A DNA stretch of 64,000 bases from the human T2T-CHM13v2.0 reference genome, Homo sapiens. The DNA lies in assembly GCA_009914755.4 (NCBI GenBank), contig CP086569.2, positions 18,368,001 through 18,432,000 on the forward strand. The letters run 5' to 3'. Shown here in pieces: positions 13,321-25,790 of this stretch. Numbering within the stretch: the stretch's first letter is position 1; every line of letters begins with the position of its first letter. The notes under the pieces were generated by a model that worked only from the letters and a program-made list of their open reading frames with translations, did not search any database and had not been told where the DNA came from. The position numbers and the translations under genes were made by a program.

Positions 13321-14320
13321 TGCCTTCCAACAAGCCCATCTATTTTTTTTTTTTTTTTTTTTTTGGATTTTAATAGCGACAATGTGGCAGTCAGTTACTA
13401 TAGGATGAAATGAAGGGGAGTGAATGCAGAAATGAAGACAAAGACAAAAAAGTTCTGTTTTAAAAGAAGAGTCAGGGGGCTTATTCCTTCCAGGGAGCAA
13501 AGGTCCTGAGCTTCTACAGGACTTCGTATTGACTAGGCAGAATCAATAGGGAGGAAAGGTAATTATTGGTCAGCTGCTCGATTTATCGCAATCTCACGTA
13601 CTTGCTTGCTTTATACTACAGGCTTCAGTTGTTCCTGTATATAAAACCACAAGGAAAGCTGTGCTTGGGGCATGACTGCCCTCAGCATTCCTTCTGGCAC
13701 CAGAGGTGGTGTATCAGTTTGCCAACATCCTGCTTTCATGAGAAGAGTTTGCTGTCTGCTCATAGACTCTCCAGTCATTACTGAATTGGTCACAACCCTC
13801 ATTCTTTTGACCTCCAACGTCTCCTCCTTTTTGTTTTTGAATTAGTTGAGTAAAGGTAATTGCAGACTGTGCAGCTCTCAATTGCTATTTGGTGGTCCAG
13901 CTGATTTTACAGACAATAGACATAAAATGGAGACACAATAATATCACTCTGATAATCACAGAAAAGACATTGAGGTGCTGTTTGGAGGAGATCCAAAGCT
14001 TAAGGCTCTCTAAACCCTGCTGGAATACCACCCAAGTTTTTAAAGAGGGCTGAAATACTTGAATGTTTATTCAAATTAAGGATTTTACTTTGTAAATCAT
14101 TCATATCAAAAGTAACATTTGATGTGAAAGCCCCCTGCAAATGGGACTTTACAAGGTTTCATTGATATTCACGTTAGTTTTATTCCAAATTGGTTAAACA
14201 AATACAAGTATAGTTAAAATGAGAATGCAATTGCTGCTGCAACTACAAACTTTGTACTTGTTTTCCTAGCCACAGAACTATAGTCTTTAACATTGCTACC
14301 TCCATTTGTATCTCCGTGTT

Positions 14321-15187
14321 TCATTTATTTTTAAGCATCCATGCCTGGTTGGCTGCACACATCCTATTTTCTTCATATTTAGCTGTTTGAATGGAGCTGT
14401 GCATTGCTACTAAGGACACCACAACAGAAGTGATTAATGTACCTAAGGAGACTTTCACAAAAATTATCATGCCTAAGGTTCTACAAGCACTATGAGTAAG
14501 CTGAGTAAGAAAAAGATTTACAAAATGTAAACCAGAGGTGGCCACGGAAGACTCAGACAGATTTACAAGAATCCGTAATTGGGGGTTGCAACCTAGAATT
14601 ATTAGGGTGGATATGCTGCATGTTTTTATTGTGCTACAATTAAGGGAATTATACGGTTGAAAGGAATCACAAGTCAAATGGGCATCGTTTACCTTAATTT
14701 TTTTTTTGCTGCTAAAAAAATGTAAGGTTTAAAAACACAAATTGCAAATTGAGTGGTAATATTTTCTACAAAAGTAACATTAAAACTGTGTTGAGCAGAA
14801 TTACTATAATTAAATAGTGTTCCGACACAAAAGCTGCCATCCATAAAGGGGAGTGCTGCCTTCCCTATCAACTCCTGAACTGGAACTGTCTTCCTTGATA
14901 ATGTCATTGAGGAAAGGTGGTCTAAAGCCTGTTCCAAGCAAGGTCTGCTGCACATTGGGATTGAATCCCAGTGAGATGTAGTGAAGAGATGCTAAAGTTT
15001 CTTCACCAGTGTCAGTGAAGTTTATGCCATGAGGTCGGATTCTCATGGCATAATGTCCTACAAAATGTTGATATAACATAGGATTGATGAGCATGTTTTT
15101 GTGTAAAACTTTCCACTGGTAATGAGAAACAAGCTGTTTTTGTTTGATAGAAGGCACAGAGAAGGCAAATGAAGGCTTATCCTTCAC
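14321..15187 (-). mobile_element. class II (betaretrovirus/HERV-K-like) reverse-transcriptase fragment
   Basis: ORF 14810-15187(-) reads 'SFAFSVPSIKQKQLVSHYQWKVLHKNMLINPMLYQHFVG'. This parallels the HERV-K RT block '[29 protein letters not shown]' recalled from memory. It is degenerate downstream. Confidence 0.5.
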
Positions 15188-16144
15188 ATGTAAGGGTATA
15201 GTAAGAAAAGAATTTTAAAGATCTACTCCTATGAGAGACCAGTCCCTTGGAATGGCTGCCAGGAATTGCAGACCTTGTTGTAATGCACACATTGATTTAA
15301 TCTGTGCATTAGTAGCTCTGAAATCATGTAGCAATTTGCTGGCAAAATTGTCTCTTCTTTATATACTAAACATTTGCTGAAACTTTACACTTGTTCTCAC
15401 ACTACTTAATCATTTAAATTGCGTGTATGTATTCCAACTAAGTTTTCAAAGAGGAATGTCTTTCTTCCTGTTGGGAATAAAGATTCTGCTGTTTACCTTA
15501 CTTTTGTCTTTCACCCTCCATTGTTCTAGATTTTTCCCTGTATACTTTTAGACTGGCTGTAGTAAATACCCTGTTCATCTTCAAATCTTTCTGTTGCCTG
15601 AAAAGCTGCCAAATTTTCTGCCAAATATAGAATTGGGTTTAGGAGTAATGTGGCATCTTTCTGCATAAAATGAAACACCTCTGTTAGATTTCAGAATGTC
15701 TCTATATATCTATCAGAGTAATCAGATAACTTGACTAGATGTATATTTATTTATTTTTAATCCTGCAATAAAAAGGAAACCTGAAGTTTAGTAGTACCAT
15801 CTGGCATTTTCTGCAGGGCCTACAGTGAAGGTGGGGGTTTATTGGGTGGCACAGGGAGAGAAACTCATGATAGGAATATTGGAAAGCCCTTAAAAGAGGG
15901 GCAGGTAGGGTGTTTAAAAGTTGCATTTAAGGGCTACCTAGGGGTTTGTCTCTCTGATTTTGGGAAATTATCTTCTGTAACCTTGCTTGACAAGACTGCC
16001 AAAAGGCCAGAAAATATTTTACAATGCTTACAAAGGTCTGGGTTATCGCCTAAGGTAAAGAAAGCTTGTCCATCAGAAACTCATACTAATGGCTCTTTCA
16101 TCTGAAAAAGAGACCTGATAATTATATACTATTAAAATAAACTT

Positions 16145-16827
16145 TTATCTCAGAAGGCCACATCTTTTTGTCTTAGAGCTAGTGTAATTTCCATGCCTTT
16201 GTGCAGTATAATATAAGCCATATTTTTTTCTCAGAGCCTCGAAGGTAAAGAAATTCCAGTGTTTCAGAATGCACTGGAGAAAAGTGCAGACTGAAGATAG
16301 TTTTACTGGCAGCAGCTGATATTTGGTTAATGCCATCAACTGTGTGGTACTGTGTTGGGTTACTACTGCCTCTACAGTTGACTGAATGTTCCTAATATAC
16401 AGAGTTAAAAGGCAAGGGAGGATGAGGCAGATGCCAAGAATAAACAAAAACCCACCAATGAGGGTTTTGAATTCCCCAAAGGTTGAGAACCATTTTCCAA
16501 ACAAGGAATCCGGGAACCATCTGGACAAAGTCCGAACTGGAACATGGGCCAACTTGTGCATTTTAGCTGTGGATTTTATGACAGCTTGGCCATTATTATC
16601 AATTTCTAGGCAACAGTTGGTTAAATTAAATGTTTACATACTTTCTTTGAGGCTAAGAGATAAGCTAATTTATTTTGATATATAGCATTTTTTTGTGTTG
16701 CTTGTATTGTCAATAAATTTAGTGCCCTTGACGTTTCATTGGTTATAATTTCTAGGACTGCCTGTAACCTTATGATGTGGTTGAGCATATAGATTTTGGT
16801 ACGATACCCCCATGACCCATCTTGCAC
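16145..16827 (-). pseudogene. ERV-1 env remnant: TM subunit (immunosuppressive-domain-like region, membrane anchor, cytoplasmic tail); SU largely missing
   Basis: ORF 16145-16561(-) reads '...[44 protein letters not shown]', similar to the MLV TM '[36 protein letters not shown]'. ORF 16621-16827(-) resembles the ISD region. Only ~1.2 kb lies between integrase and the TM end, so SU is deleted. Confidence 0.6.
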
Positions 16828-17361
16828 CCAAGTAGCTGGCCCATAATATTTAATGATTTTTTCAGGAGGCCATTTATTATCTTTGTAGTCTTCTGTGTTT
16901 ACACTTTTTCACATTTGTGTTTAGTTTTGTGATTATGTATTTTTTTAGTTTCTTTAACTTTTACTATAAACTGGATACCCTAAGAGTTCCCCTTGCTTTA
17001 GAGGAATTAAAAAGAGGGATGGCTTGATTGTTTCTAACACACATGCCCCTGTCCATTTAGCCAGCAGTTGCCGATATGCCCATGCTCCACAGACCCAATA
17101 TAGGCCAGAGGGTGCTTTCCAAGCATTTGGAGTCTTTAGCTGATGCCAAGAGTGGCTTAGGGTAGAGAATCAAGAGAAAGCATTTGGATCTGGTAAGTAG
17201 GAGTCGTTCTGGGCATTTCTCCCTAGAGTTCTGTTTTTAGTCTTATCATAATACTGTTGTCCTAGGCAGGTTGTTTTTCCTGCTGCCTCTGTGAAAAGCC
17301 TTTCCCCATTAGGCGATACAGTACTTTCCAATTATGGAGGTTTTTAACAACCAAACACTGG

Positions 17362-18487
17362 CTAAGGCTGTGGGTTCACTGGCATGGTTAGGTGAAGTGA
17401 AGTTACTTGTGGCATCAATTTCTTAGCCTCCCATAGCAACTGGTCCCCCATATCAGTTTTTTGACATGCGTAGCATGAGGAAATTCCTAAGCTGCCAGCT
17501 ATGTTTTTACTTAGTTGAGTAAATAAGTTTTTGGTTGATGAAGGAAACTCAGTCACTGACTGATCAAAATGCTTACAGAATGACTTATAAACCCGGAATT
17601 TCAGGGTTGGATGCATTTGAGTCCTTCTATTCTTTTTGGCAATTAGTAGTAGAACTCCAAGGTCTGCTCCTTGTCTATTAACCCATAATAGTGTCATCTG
17701 TCCTGTAGACCAAAAAGATAGCTCTGGCTTTAGGAAAGTAAAATTTAAAGGAGTACATGTCCTTGTCTTAGAATTTGGTTTGGTTGGCATACTACTTAGC
17801 AGAAGAGTCCTTCCTGAATATAAGTGTTGGAGCTGTGTTAGCATAGAACACTGAATATTACAGTCTGGGCATCCGATTTGTGTTTTTTCATACAGATGTT
17901 TAGGTCTGCTTCTGCTAAGCCTCTTTTGTGTTAAACCATTGCAGACAGCTTCTGTTTTTTTTAGGATTAGGAACATATGCAGCATGGCAGGAATTAAAGT
18001 ACAAGGAAATAGGCCCCTTATAGGAGGGTGAGGTTTCTTTTGTTTGAGCTATAAGTTTTTTTTTCTTTTCTGATTTAATATGTACCTCAAACCAGAATTC
18101 ACAGGGTAAGGGCTCAGGGTCATAAGATACATACAGCTGATTATTTCCTCAGTCATAGACTGAACAGGTGGTCTGGTTGTATGTGCATGTCCCTAACTTG
18201 GTTTCTGTACATTCATAGTAGGTATGGTACAGTAGAGTTTTAACTATGGTATTTTTTACCGAGGTAGTGTGTACACAGTGTGGGCATCCCTCTAAAGATT
18301 TTTCCCCTTCTAGCATAGGCAGAAATGATAGCAACATCAGTGTATGTATTAGAAACATGCTTACACTACACGTGGGCATGGGAAACCTTCCTCTGGGCAT
18401 AGACATTTGCAGCATTTGCAGTAATAACAAAGCAACAGAAAAATCAGTATTAACATAATTATAATGAGGGTTATAAATTGTGTTCAT
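17362..18487 (-). pseudogene. ERV-1 integrase remnant
   Basis: ORF 18149-18487(-) carries an HHCC-like region ('CPHCVHTT'). ORF 17362-17985(-) resembles the integrase core/C-terminus ('...AGSLGISSCYACQKTDMGDQLLWEAKK' versus '[31 protein letters not shown]'). Confidence 0.5.
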
Positions 18488-18553
18488 ATTTACTTATTCA
18501 GAGATGGCCCTCTTAGCTTTGGCCGTGTGTGGACTACTCAACTTCCAGGATGG

Positions 18554-19720
18554 CTAGCCTGCTGTCAGACAACAGCCACCATCCACCTTTAATATATATA
18601 TATATATATATTGTTTTTCTGACAAAACCAAGTTTTTTACTGAAGAGTAATTGGGTAGCTCCAGCCAAGGGGGCTCTATAAGGAGAGGAATTGCTAAAGT
18701 TTTTTCTTCAGGTAAAGCCTTGATCATTGCTGCCTGCCTAGCCTCTCGGTCTGCCTTTCTATTGCCCTGTGTCTCAGCTTTTCCCAATTTGGTGTCCTTT
18801 GCAATGAATGACAGCCACTTTCTCTGGAGCCTATATGGCTTTTAATAATTGTAAATTTTTTTCTTTGGCCTTTAGTAGTCAAAACTCCTCTATCTTTGTA
18901 TACTGCCCCATGGGTGTGCAGGATTGTAAAAGTATATCTTGAATCAGTATATATGTTTCTTTTTTTTTCAGTATATATGTTTACTTTTTTTCTTGGCCAA
19001 TAATGGTGCTCTGGTTAATGCTATTAATTTAGCCTTCTGAGCAGAAGTCCCAGAAGGTAAGGCCTGAGCCTGGACCACCGAGTGTTGGATCAGTACTGTA
19101 TACCCTGCATATTGTACCCCATCTCTTATGAAACTGCTACCATCAGTGAAGTATTTAACATCTGAGCTCTCCAAGGGGATATATCTGAGATCTTCCTGGC
19201 TCTAGAAGACTTTGTCCACCGTATTTATGCAACAGTGGGGAAGTTCCTGCCAGCAGTGAGGCAACCCACTGTCCTTTCAATCCCGTTTCTCCACAGGCAG
19301 CAGGGTAGCTGGATTTAAGGTATTTACAGTCTCTAGTGTTATCTGGGTATTTTCATACAGAAGCCCTTGATACTTTAGCATTTTAGAATTGGACAGTCAA
19401 TGATGTCCTCTTTGCTCCATTAAGGTGATTACAGCATGTGAGTCCTGAACTATTAACTTTTGACCTAGGGCTAGCTTGTTGGCATCTTCTATAAGGATTG
19501 CAGTAGCTGCCAACGCCCTGAAGCAGTGGGGCCAACCTAAGGCCACCAAGTCCAGTCTTTTGGGTAAGTATGCTACCAGCTGATGCCAAGAACCCAACAA
19601 TTGAGCTAAGAGTCCGACTGTCATTCCCTTTTGTTTATCCACATACAAAAGGAAGGGCTTTTTTACATCTGGCAACCCTAGCACCGGAGTTTGGATGAGA
19701 GCTTCCTTTATACCTTTCAA
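18554..19720 (-). pseudogene. ERV-1 RT connection + RNase H remnant
   Basis: ORF 19397-19720(-) reads 'EALIQTPVLGLPDVKKPFLLYVDKQKGMTVGLLAQLLGSWHQLVAYLPKRLDLVALGWPHCFRALAATAILIEDANKLALGQKLIV', close to the MLV '[87 protein letters not shown]'. ORF 18968-19174(-) reads 'YFTDGSS...LPSGTSAQKAKLIALT', which is RNase H. ORF 18554-18787(-) reads 'QGNRKADREARQAA', the RNase H C-terminus. Confidence 0.7.
18590..18612. repeat. (TA)n microsatellite
   Basis: The run is 'atatatatatatatatatat'. Confidence 0.9.
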
Positions 19721-19957
19721 GGCCCTTTCTTGTTTCTTTTTCCATAGGAGGGGCCCTCTTTTTCTTTTTCTTTGGTAGTCTCATATAAGGGCCTTGCTGT
19801 AAGGGAGAAGTTTGGAATCCAGGTTCGGCAGAATCCCGCTACACCTAGAAATTTCCTGAGCTGCTGCCTTGTAACTGGGGTGGGCAATGCACGCACAGCC
19901 TCCTTGCATGCACTTTTAAGTCTGCGCTGGCCTTGGGATACCATGAATTCTAGATAT

Positions 19958-20918
19958 TCAACCTCCAAAATCAGACTTTTGCCTTGTCCTTGGACACTTA
20001 GTAACCAGCTTCACAAAGCAGGTGAAGAAGGCTCTCTGTTCCTTAGAGGTATTTCTCCCTCGTGGGGGCAGCGAAGAGCAAATCATCAATGTGTTGTAAT
20101 AGCACACAATTGTCACTAGGTGGCGCAAAAGCCTCAAGGTCGGAAGCCAAAGCCTCGTCGAAAATAGTGGGAGAATTCTTAAACCCTTGCGGCAGCCTTG
20201 TCCAGGTATACTGCGATTGTCTCCACTAGAAGGCAAATATAGGCTGATTTTGGGGAGCAAGTCTCAAGCAAAAGAAAGCATGCCTTAAGTCCAGACACGT
20301 GAACCAGGCGGCGTCAGCAGGAATCTGTCCCAGCATTGTGTATGGGTTGGGTACTATGGCATGGATAGTGACAGTGGCCTTGTTTACCTCCTGGAGGTCC
20401 TGCAGTGGCCTGTATTCACCATTTGGCTTGCGCACAGACAACAGAGGAGTATTCCAGGAAGACTTTCATTTTATTATAATCCCATGTTTATAGGGCCGAT
20501 TTAAATGTTTCGTTATGTCATCAATTGCCTCTCTGGGTGGGGGGTGTTGACGGACTAGTACCGGGGCAGCATGAGATTTAAGCTTTATTATCACTGGGGG
20601 TCTGTTTGCAACAAGTCCAGGGGGGTTGTCCTCAGCGCATACACCTGGTACCTCGAAAAGCATTCCCCACGTATTGTGTAGGTCAGGCTCTGGCAGCCTC
20701 CTGGTACACAGTTTATAGAGCCGCCATTCCTCAGTTTTTGGGACAGTTAGAGTCAATACCATTGCCTTTGGCTTCCCTATCTCCAGGGTCATATCCCCTT
20801 TAGGTGTAAAGGAAACCTGTGCCTGCAGTTTCTGGAGGAAGTCTCTTTCCAATAAGGGCACTGGACATTTTGGCATGTATAGAAAGTCATGCTGAATTCT
20901 TGTCCCCCAATAACACAT
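19958..20918 (-). pseudogene. ERV-1 reverse transcriptase remnant (YXDD mutated)
   Basis: ORF 20226-20441(-) reads 'YRPLQDLQEVNKATVTIHAIVPNPYTMLGQIPADAAWFTCLDLRHAFFCLRLAPQNQPIFAF', close to the MLV '[64 protein letters not shown]'. ORF 19958-20260(-) has '[11 protein letters not shown]' where 'LQYVDDLLLAA' is expected. Confidence 0.75.
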
Positions 20919-21073
20919 CTCTTGAATTTGTAGAGAGGTCTCCTGTCTTTGGCCCCAGTAGCCCGTATGACAGTAGGACAGTTTTTTGTGGGGCAGTTAA
21001 TTGGATGAGTTACCACAGAGAAATCAGCACCAGTATTGACCAAAAAATTCATTAATCGGCCCTGTACTTCCAT
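20789..21073 (-). pseudogene. ERV-1 protease remnant
   Basis: ORF 20789-21073(-) reads 'LVNTGADFSVVT', against the retroviral 'LVDTGAQHSVLT' (D to N in the DTG motif). Confidence 0.65.
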
Positions 21074-21156
21074 GGAGAATATAGGCTCCCTGGGGCCTAA
21101 AAGGATGAAGCCTGGTCTGTCTTAGTCTTCTAAATTTTTGGCCCCCACTAAGCTGA

Positions 21157-22296
21157 TCAGATCAAGATCTGCCTTTGAAGCACCACGACTAGCAACCGAA
21201 AGTTGCACTCGGGTGTTAGACAATTGACCGTCATCTTCATTTTTTTTTTTTTAATCGGGGCACTCATTTTTCCAGTGGCCCATTTGCCTGTATCTTGCAC
21301 ATTGGTTCCTGTCCAACCGGGACTGGCTTTCCTCTCCCGGTCTTGTCTGCCCTCTTCCTTGGCCTCTGCCTCAGCTATACCCTCTAGCAAATCCAGGGTT
21401 AATTTCTGTTAGTGCAGTAGCTATAAATTGAGCTGTCTTTTGGTTTTTATTTTTATTTATTTTTTCTTTCTTTCTGCCTCTTCTTTCTGGTTTACATATA
21501 TTTTGTTTGCTGTTTTCAGGAGTTTACTAATATTTTTTCCTGCAAAGCTTTCCAGCTTCTGAAACTTTTGATTTATGACTCCCTGAGCTTGCCCGATAAA
21601 GGTCATATTTATCATAATTTGGTTTTTAGGAGCCTCCAGAATAACTGGAGTGTACAGTCTATATGCCTCCCAAAGCCTTTTATGGAATGCACTTGGGCTT
21701 TTCTCAGAATTTTGGCTCACTTCTGATATTTTACTTGTATTTATTTCCTTCCTTTCTCCTGCTTTATCCCATTTAGGAGTGCCTTTCTATATAGCGGCAG
21801 CCATTCCATGTTCCTTGCCTCATTTGGTTCCCAGTTAGGGTTCTCATTTGGGTATCACTCCACGGTGAACTGGTGAGGGTTAGGGGTGGTCTCTGGGGCT
21901 CCCCTTCTAAACAGATCAGAGCTGCCGGATTAACTCTTTTATGCTCCTCTGTATTAAATGAAGTTAGCAAAAGTTATTCACAATCTGGCCAGGTCAGGTT
22001 ATGCGTGTTAATAACAGAATTTACCAAATCAATAAGAGCCTGAGACTTTTCTGTATAGGAGGGGGTGGGCTGTTTCCAATTTAAGAGATCAGTAGTGGAG
22101 AAAGGCTGATAAACATAAAGCCTAGGGCCACCTTGTATCTGCCTCTGGTCATCATAAACTTGTGTCCTGGTTTCTCAAAGTGGCATCTGCAAATCCCAGG
22201 GTCGGCCTGAGTGGAGATGCCCAGCTGCCTCACCCAGTCCATTTTTTGGTTGTTTTTCTCTAACAGGGGTTTCTGTTCCTCTGGGTGTGGGGACAC
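21157..22296 (-). pseudogene. ERV-1 gag remnant (CA C-terminal region and NC)
   Basis: ORF 21457-21720(-) reads 'AFHKRLWEAYRLYTP...MTFIGQAQ...', against MLV CA '[40 protein letters not shown]'. ORF 21157-21390(-) is a basic NC-like region. Confidence 0.6.
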
Positions 22297-23140
22297 TGAG
22301 CCTCACTTTTCTCTGAGCCTGACTCTCCGGATGATCCTGACTCTGCCTCCTGCTTTATTCTGACCAAAGATGAGTAGACTGGCACATATGGGGCAGACAT
22401 TCCCTTTCATCAGGTGGAACCTGAAGAACTGGTTTTGGCTAAGGCTTCAAGGATTCCCTTTCCAGGGAGATGCTAGGGGCTTTAGTTTCCTCTGCTTCCT
22501 TTGGTTGGGCTGCTCGAGCCACTAATGCCTTGCAATATCCCTCTAGGCAAGGCTGCAGCCACTTGGGGTGAGTTTGTGCCACATTGAGCCAAGAGTATAT
22601 ACAGAAACTGGTCTGGGTATCCTGGTTGTCCTTCAACTCCAGTGACCACCTTAAACATGCAGTCAATTCATACCCTGTCTATTGTACCTTCAGAGGGCCA
22701 GCCCTCATTGAAAGCAGGCCAGGCTATCTCACAGTATGTTCTTAAATTTTGAGCATCCAGTTTTATGCTATAATCACCTCTAAATCCTTTTGAAAATTCT
22801 TTATTGTGCACTCCAATGGAGTTCATTTATACACTTTTCCTTTCATTTTCTCCCTTGTGGTGCACTTTCACTTTTACTTTTACTCTCAGGTTCACCATAC
22901 CGGGTCCTATTACAGGAGTTTTGGACACTGCTTAGCCAGGAACATGCCTTCACCTCTTACAGCCTGCTGCAGCCATGGAGCTGGTCCTATCAGTCATACA
23001 GAATGTTCTGGTTCTGATTTTCCCCACAATTGCCTCAGAGAACACAGCCCACACTAAGGGCTCTGTGCCTCCCCCACGTCACTCCCCACATTGGCCTCTT
23101 CCAAGACCATTTCTTTCACCCACTTTTACACACCTCCCCC

Positions 23141-23300
23141 ACCCAAGGACTCCTCATTGGATGAAATGAGCCTCTCTCATGTCCCAGGTGAAACTAATTA
23201 GGCTTCCACATTCACACACATACACACACCACTCCTACCCTAGGACTCCTCATGGGACAAAATGAGCCTCTCTTGTGTCCCGGTTAGGTCCACACACACC
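23141..23300. repeat. tandem duplication (2 x ~80 bp) in ERV-1 5' leader/LTR region
   Basis: The unit 'acccaaggactcctcattggatgaaatgagcctctctcatgtcccaggtgaaactaattaggcttccacattcacacaca' is followed by 'cactcctaccctaggactcctcatgggacaaaatgagcctctcttgtgtcccggttaggtccacacacaccc'. Confidence 0.7.
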
Positions 23301-23828
23301 CACTCCCAGTTGGGGTTGCAAGCCACTCTTGCCACCCTGCCAGCAAACTCTTCCTTGCTGCACTTGCCTCTCTATCAGCCCTTTTTCTCCACCAGTGAAC
23401 CACTTTTACTCTGTTAGGGGAATATGAGGTTCATCCAAATTGGCAGGCCACTCCTACCACACCCAGCCACTCTGGGTTGGATTAGTGGTCAGTCACTGGG
23501 AGGTGATCAAGCTCCATTTCCTCCCTATGGGAGGGGCTTTCCTGCCTTGGGCAGTTTCTCCTTACCACAGTTCCTGAAGTGCTAGTATTGTCCTGCAGCT
23601 TTTTCTGCAGTTTCTTTGCACTACTGGGTAGGCTGCCAGGATGCAGGGAGAGCTGGTCTCTGTCTGGGTGAAGCACCTCCATGGTGCACCTTGCATGCTG
23701 GGTCTCCCCCAGCCCTGGGGCTCTAGTCCCACAGGCAAAGGAGACAGTAAATCTGTCATCTCCAATCCCTGTATGGGCCACCAGAAATGTTTCAGGATAA
23801 TTTAGGAATCAGAGAGACTAAGGGGTTG

Positions 23829-23864
23829 AGAAGGATTTATTATTATTATTTATTATTATTATTA

Positions 23865-23900
<36 letters not shown>

Positions 23901-23912
23901 TAGGTGCACTGG
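23829..23912. repeat. (TTATT)n microsatellite
   Basis: The run is 'tattattattatttattattattattattatttattattatt...'. Confidence 0.9.
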
Positions 23913-25604
23913 CCCAGTCAGATTAACATTCAAAAATGACTGAGCCCCCAAACAAGGAGTCAAGTTACCTTTTAAGCATTTCATAAGGCTGGGGGAGATC
24001 TGTGTGGGGGAACATATTACAGAAGTGAGAAACAAAGACAGTTATTCAGTTGAGACTTGTGTTACACCATTTGTTCCTTTTCAAGAAAAAACATGTTTTA
24101 CAACTGGAGTTTATCTGTCTAGTGACCTTGCAGCTGCACAGCTAGAGAAACAGGTCTTCACAATGACTGGGAAAGGGAGAAATAAGGCTCACTAGCCAGA
24201 CAGAAAAACAGGCAGTTAATTCTTAAAGTACTCCACCTCTTTCTGTTTCTCAGGGGGAATTGAGTCTTCTTACATACAAGTGAGTTTTTGCTTATACATT
24301 CTTTAATTTATTTTAATTCTTGTCACATTGGTTCTTTGAAAGGACAAATAAAATTGAGAGACCGTTAGCAAGATTAACCAAGACAAGAAGAGAAAAAAAT
24401 CCAAATAACCTCACTAAGAAATGAAACAGGGGATATTACAAGTGACACCACTGAAATAATAAAGATCATTCATGGGTACTATGAACACCTTAAGGCACAT
24501 AAACTAGAAAATCTAGAAGAGATGGATAAATTCCTGGAAAAATACAAATGTCCTAGCTTAAATCAGGAAGAATTATATGCCTAAACAGACCAATAGCAAG
24601 TAGCAAGATTGAAATGGTAATTTAAAAATTACCAAAAAAAAAAAAAAAAATCCAAGGACCAGACAGATTCACAGCAGAATTCTACCAGACATTCAAAGAA
24701 GAATTGATACCAATCCTTTCACACTATTCTACAAGATAGAGAAAGAAGGAACACTCCCTAATTCATTCTATGAACACGGCATCACCCCAATACTAAAACC
24801 ATGAAAGGACATAACCAAAAAAGAAAACTACAGACCAATATCCTTGAGGAACACAGATGCCAAAATCCTTAACAAAATACTGGCTAACCGAATCCAACAA
24901 TGTGTCAAAAAGATAATCCACCATAATCAAATGGGTTTCATACCAGGGAAACAGGAATGGTTTAACATATGCATGTCAGTAAACGTGATACACCACATGA
25001 ACAGAATTAAAGACAAAACTCACATGAACATATCAACAGATGCATCAACAAAATAGGCATACAAGGGACATATATTAATGTAATAAAAGCCATCTATGAC
25101 TAACCCACAGCCAACATAATACTGAATGGGGAAAAGGTGAAAGCATTCCCTCTGAGAACTGGAACAAGATGAGGATGCCCACTCTCACCACTCCTCTTCA
25201 AAATAGTATGGGAAGTCCTAGCCAGAGCAATCAGAAAAAAGAAGGAGAGGAAATCTAAATCGGTAAAGAGGAAGTCAAACTGTCACTAGTTGCTGATGAT
25301 ATGATCTTTCACCTTGAAAACCCTATGGACTCCCCTAGAAAGCTCCTAGAACTGATAAAAGAATTCAGGAAAGTTTCCAGATACAAGATTAATATACACA
25401 AATCAGTAGCTCTTCTCTACACCAACAGCTACCAAGCAGAGAATCACATCAAGAACTCTACCCCTTTCACAATAGCTGCAAAAAAACAAACAAAAACAAA
25501 AACAAACAAACAAAAACTTAGGAATATATCTAGCAAAGGAATTGAAAGACCTCTACAATGAAAATTGCAAAACACTGCTGAAAGAAATCATAGATGTAGC
25601 CAAG

Positions 25605-25790
25605 TATGGTGCCGCACACCTGTAATCAGCTACTCAGGAGAGTGAGGCAGGAGAATCGCTTGAACGCAGAAGGCAGAGGTTGTGGTGAGCCAAGATCATG
25701 CCATTGCACTCCCATCTTGGCGACAAGAGTGAAACTCCCTCAGAACAAACAAAAACAAAAACAAAAAAACACACACACAACAAAGAAAAG
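25605..25790 (+). mobile_element. Alu right-arm fragment inserted in L1, flanked by 16-bp TSD 'aaagaaatcatagatg'
   Basis: 'gtatggtgccgcacacctgtaatcagctactcaggagagtgaggcaggagaatcgcttgaacgcagaaggcagaggttgtggtgagccaagatcatgccattgcactcc...' has a (CAAA)n A-rich tail. The L1 sequence 'aaagaaatcatagatg' is repeated at 25585-25600 and 25786-25801. Confidence 0.8.

Larger units (their letters stand above)
15200..24340 (-). mobile_element. ERV-1: degraded class I (gammaretrovirus-like) HERV provirus, gag-pro-pol-env(TM); LTR limits uncertain
   Basis: On the minus strand there is a colinear series of ORF remnants with MLV-like motifs, listed in the following features. The putative LTR blocks 23930-24340 and 15200-16290 share short similar stretches. 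Confidence 0.6.

Noticed and set aside
13560-14300. Possible solo LTR with a TATA-like 'tatataaaacc' and a downstream poly(A)-signal-like motif
   Set aside because: Neither terminal TG...CA inverted ends nor a target-site duplication could be established by eye. It may simply be flanking sequence of the class II RT fragment.
17636-17854. Plus-strand ORFs antisense to ERV-1 integrase and RT (e.g. 17636-17854, 19772-20119)
   Set aside because: They are antisense chance ORFs inside a decayed provirus. The sense-strand retroviral homology explains the region.
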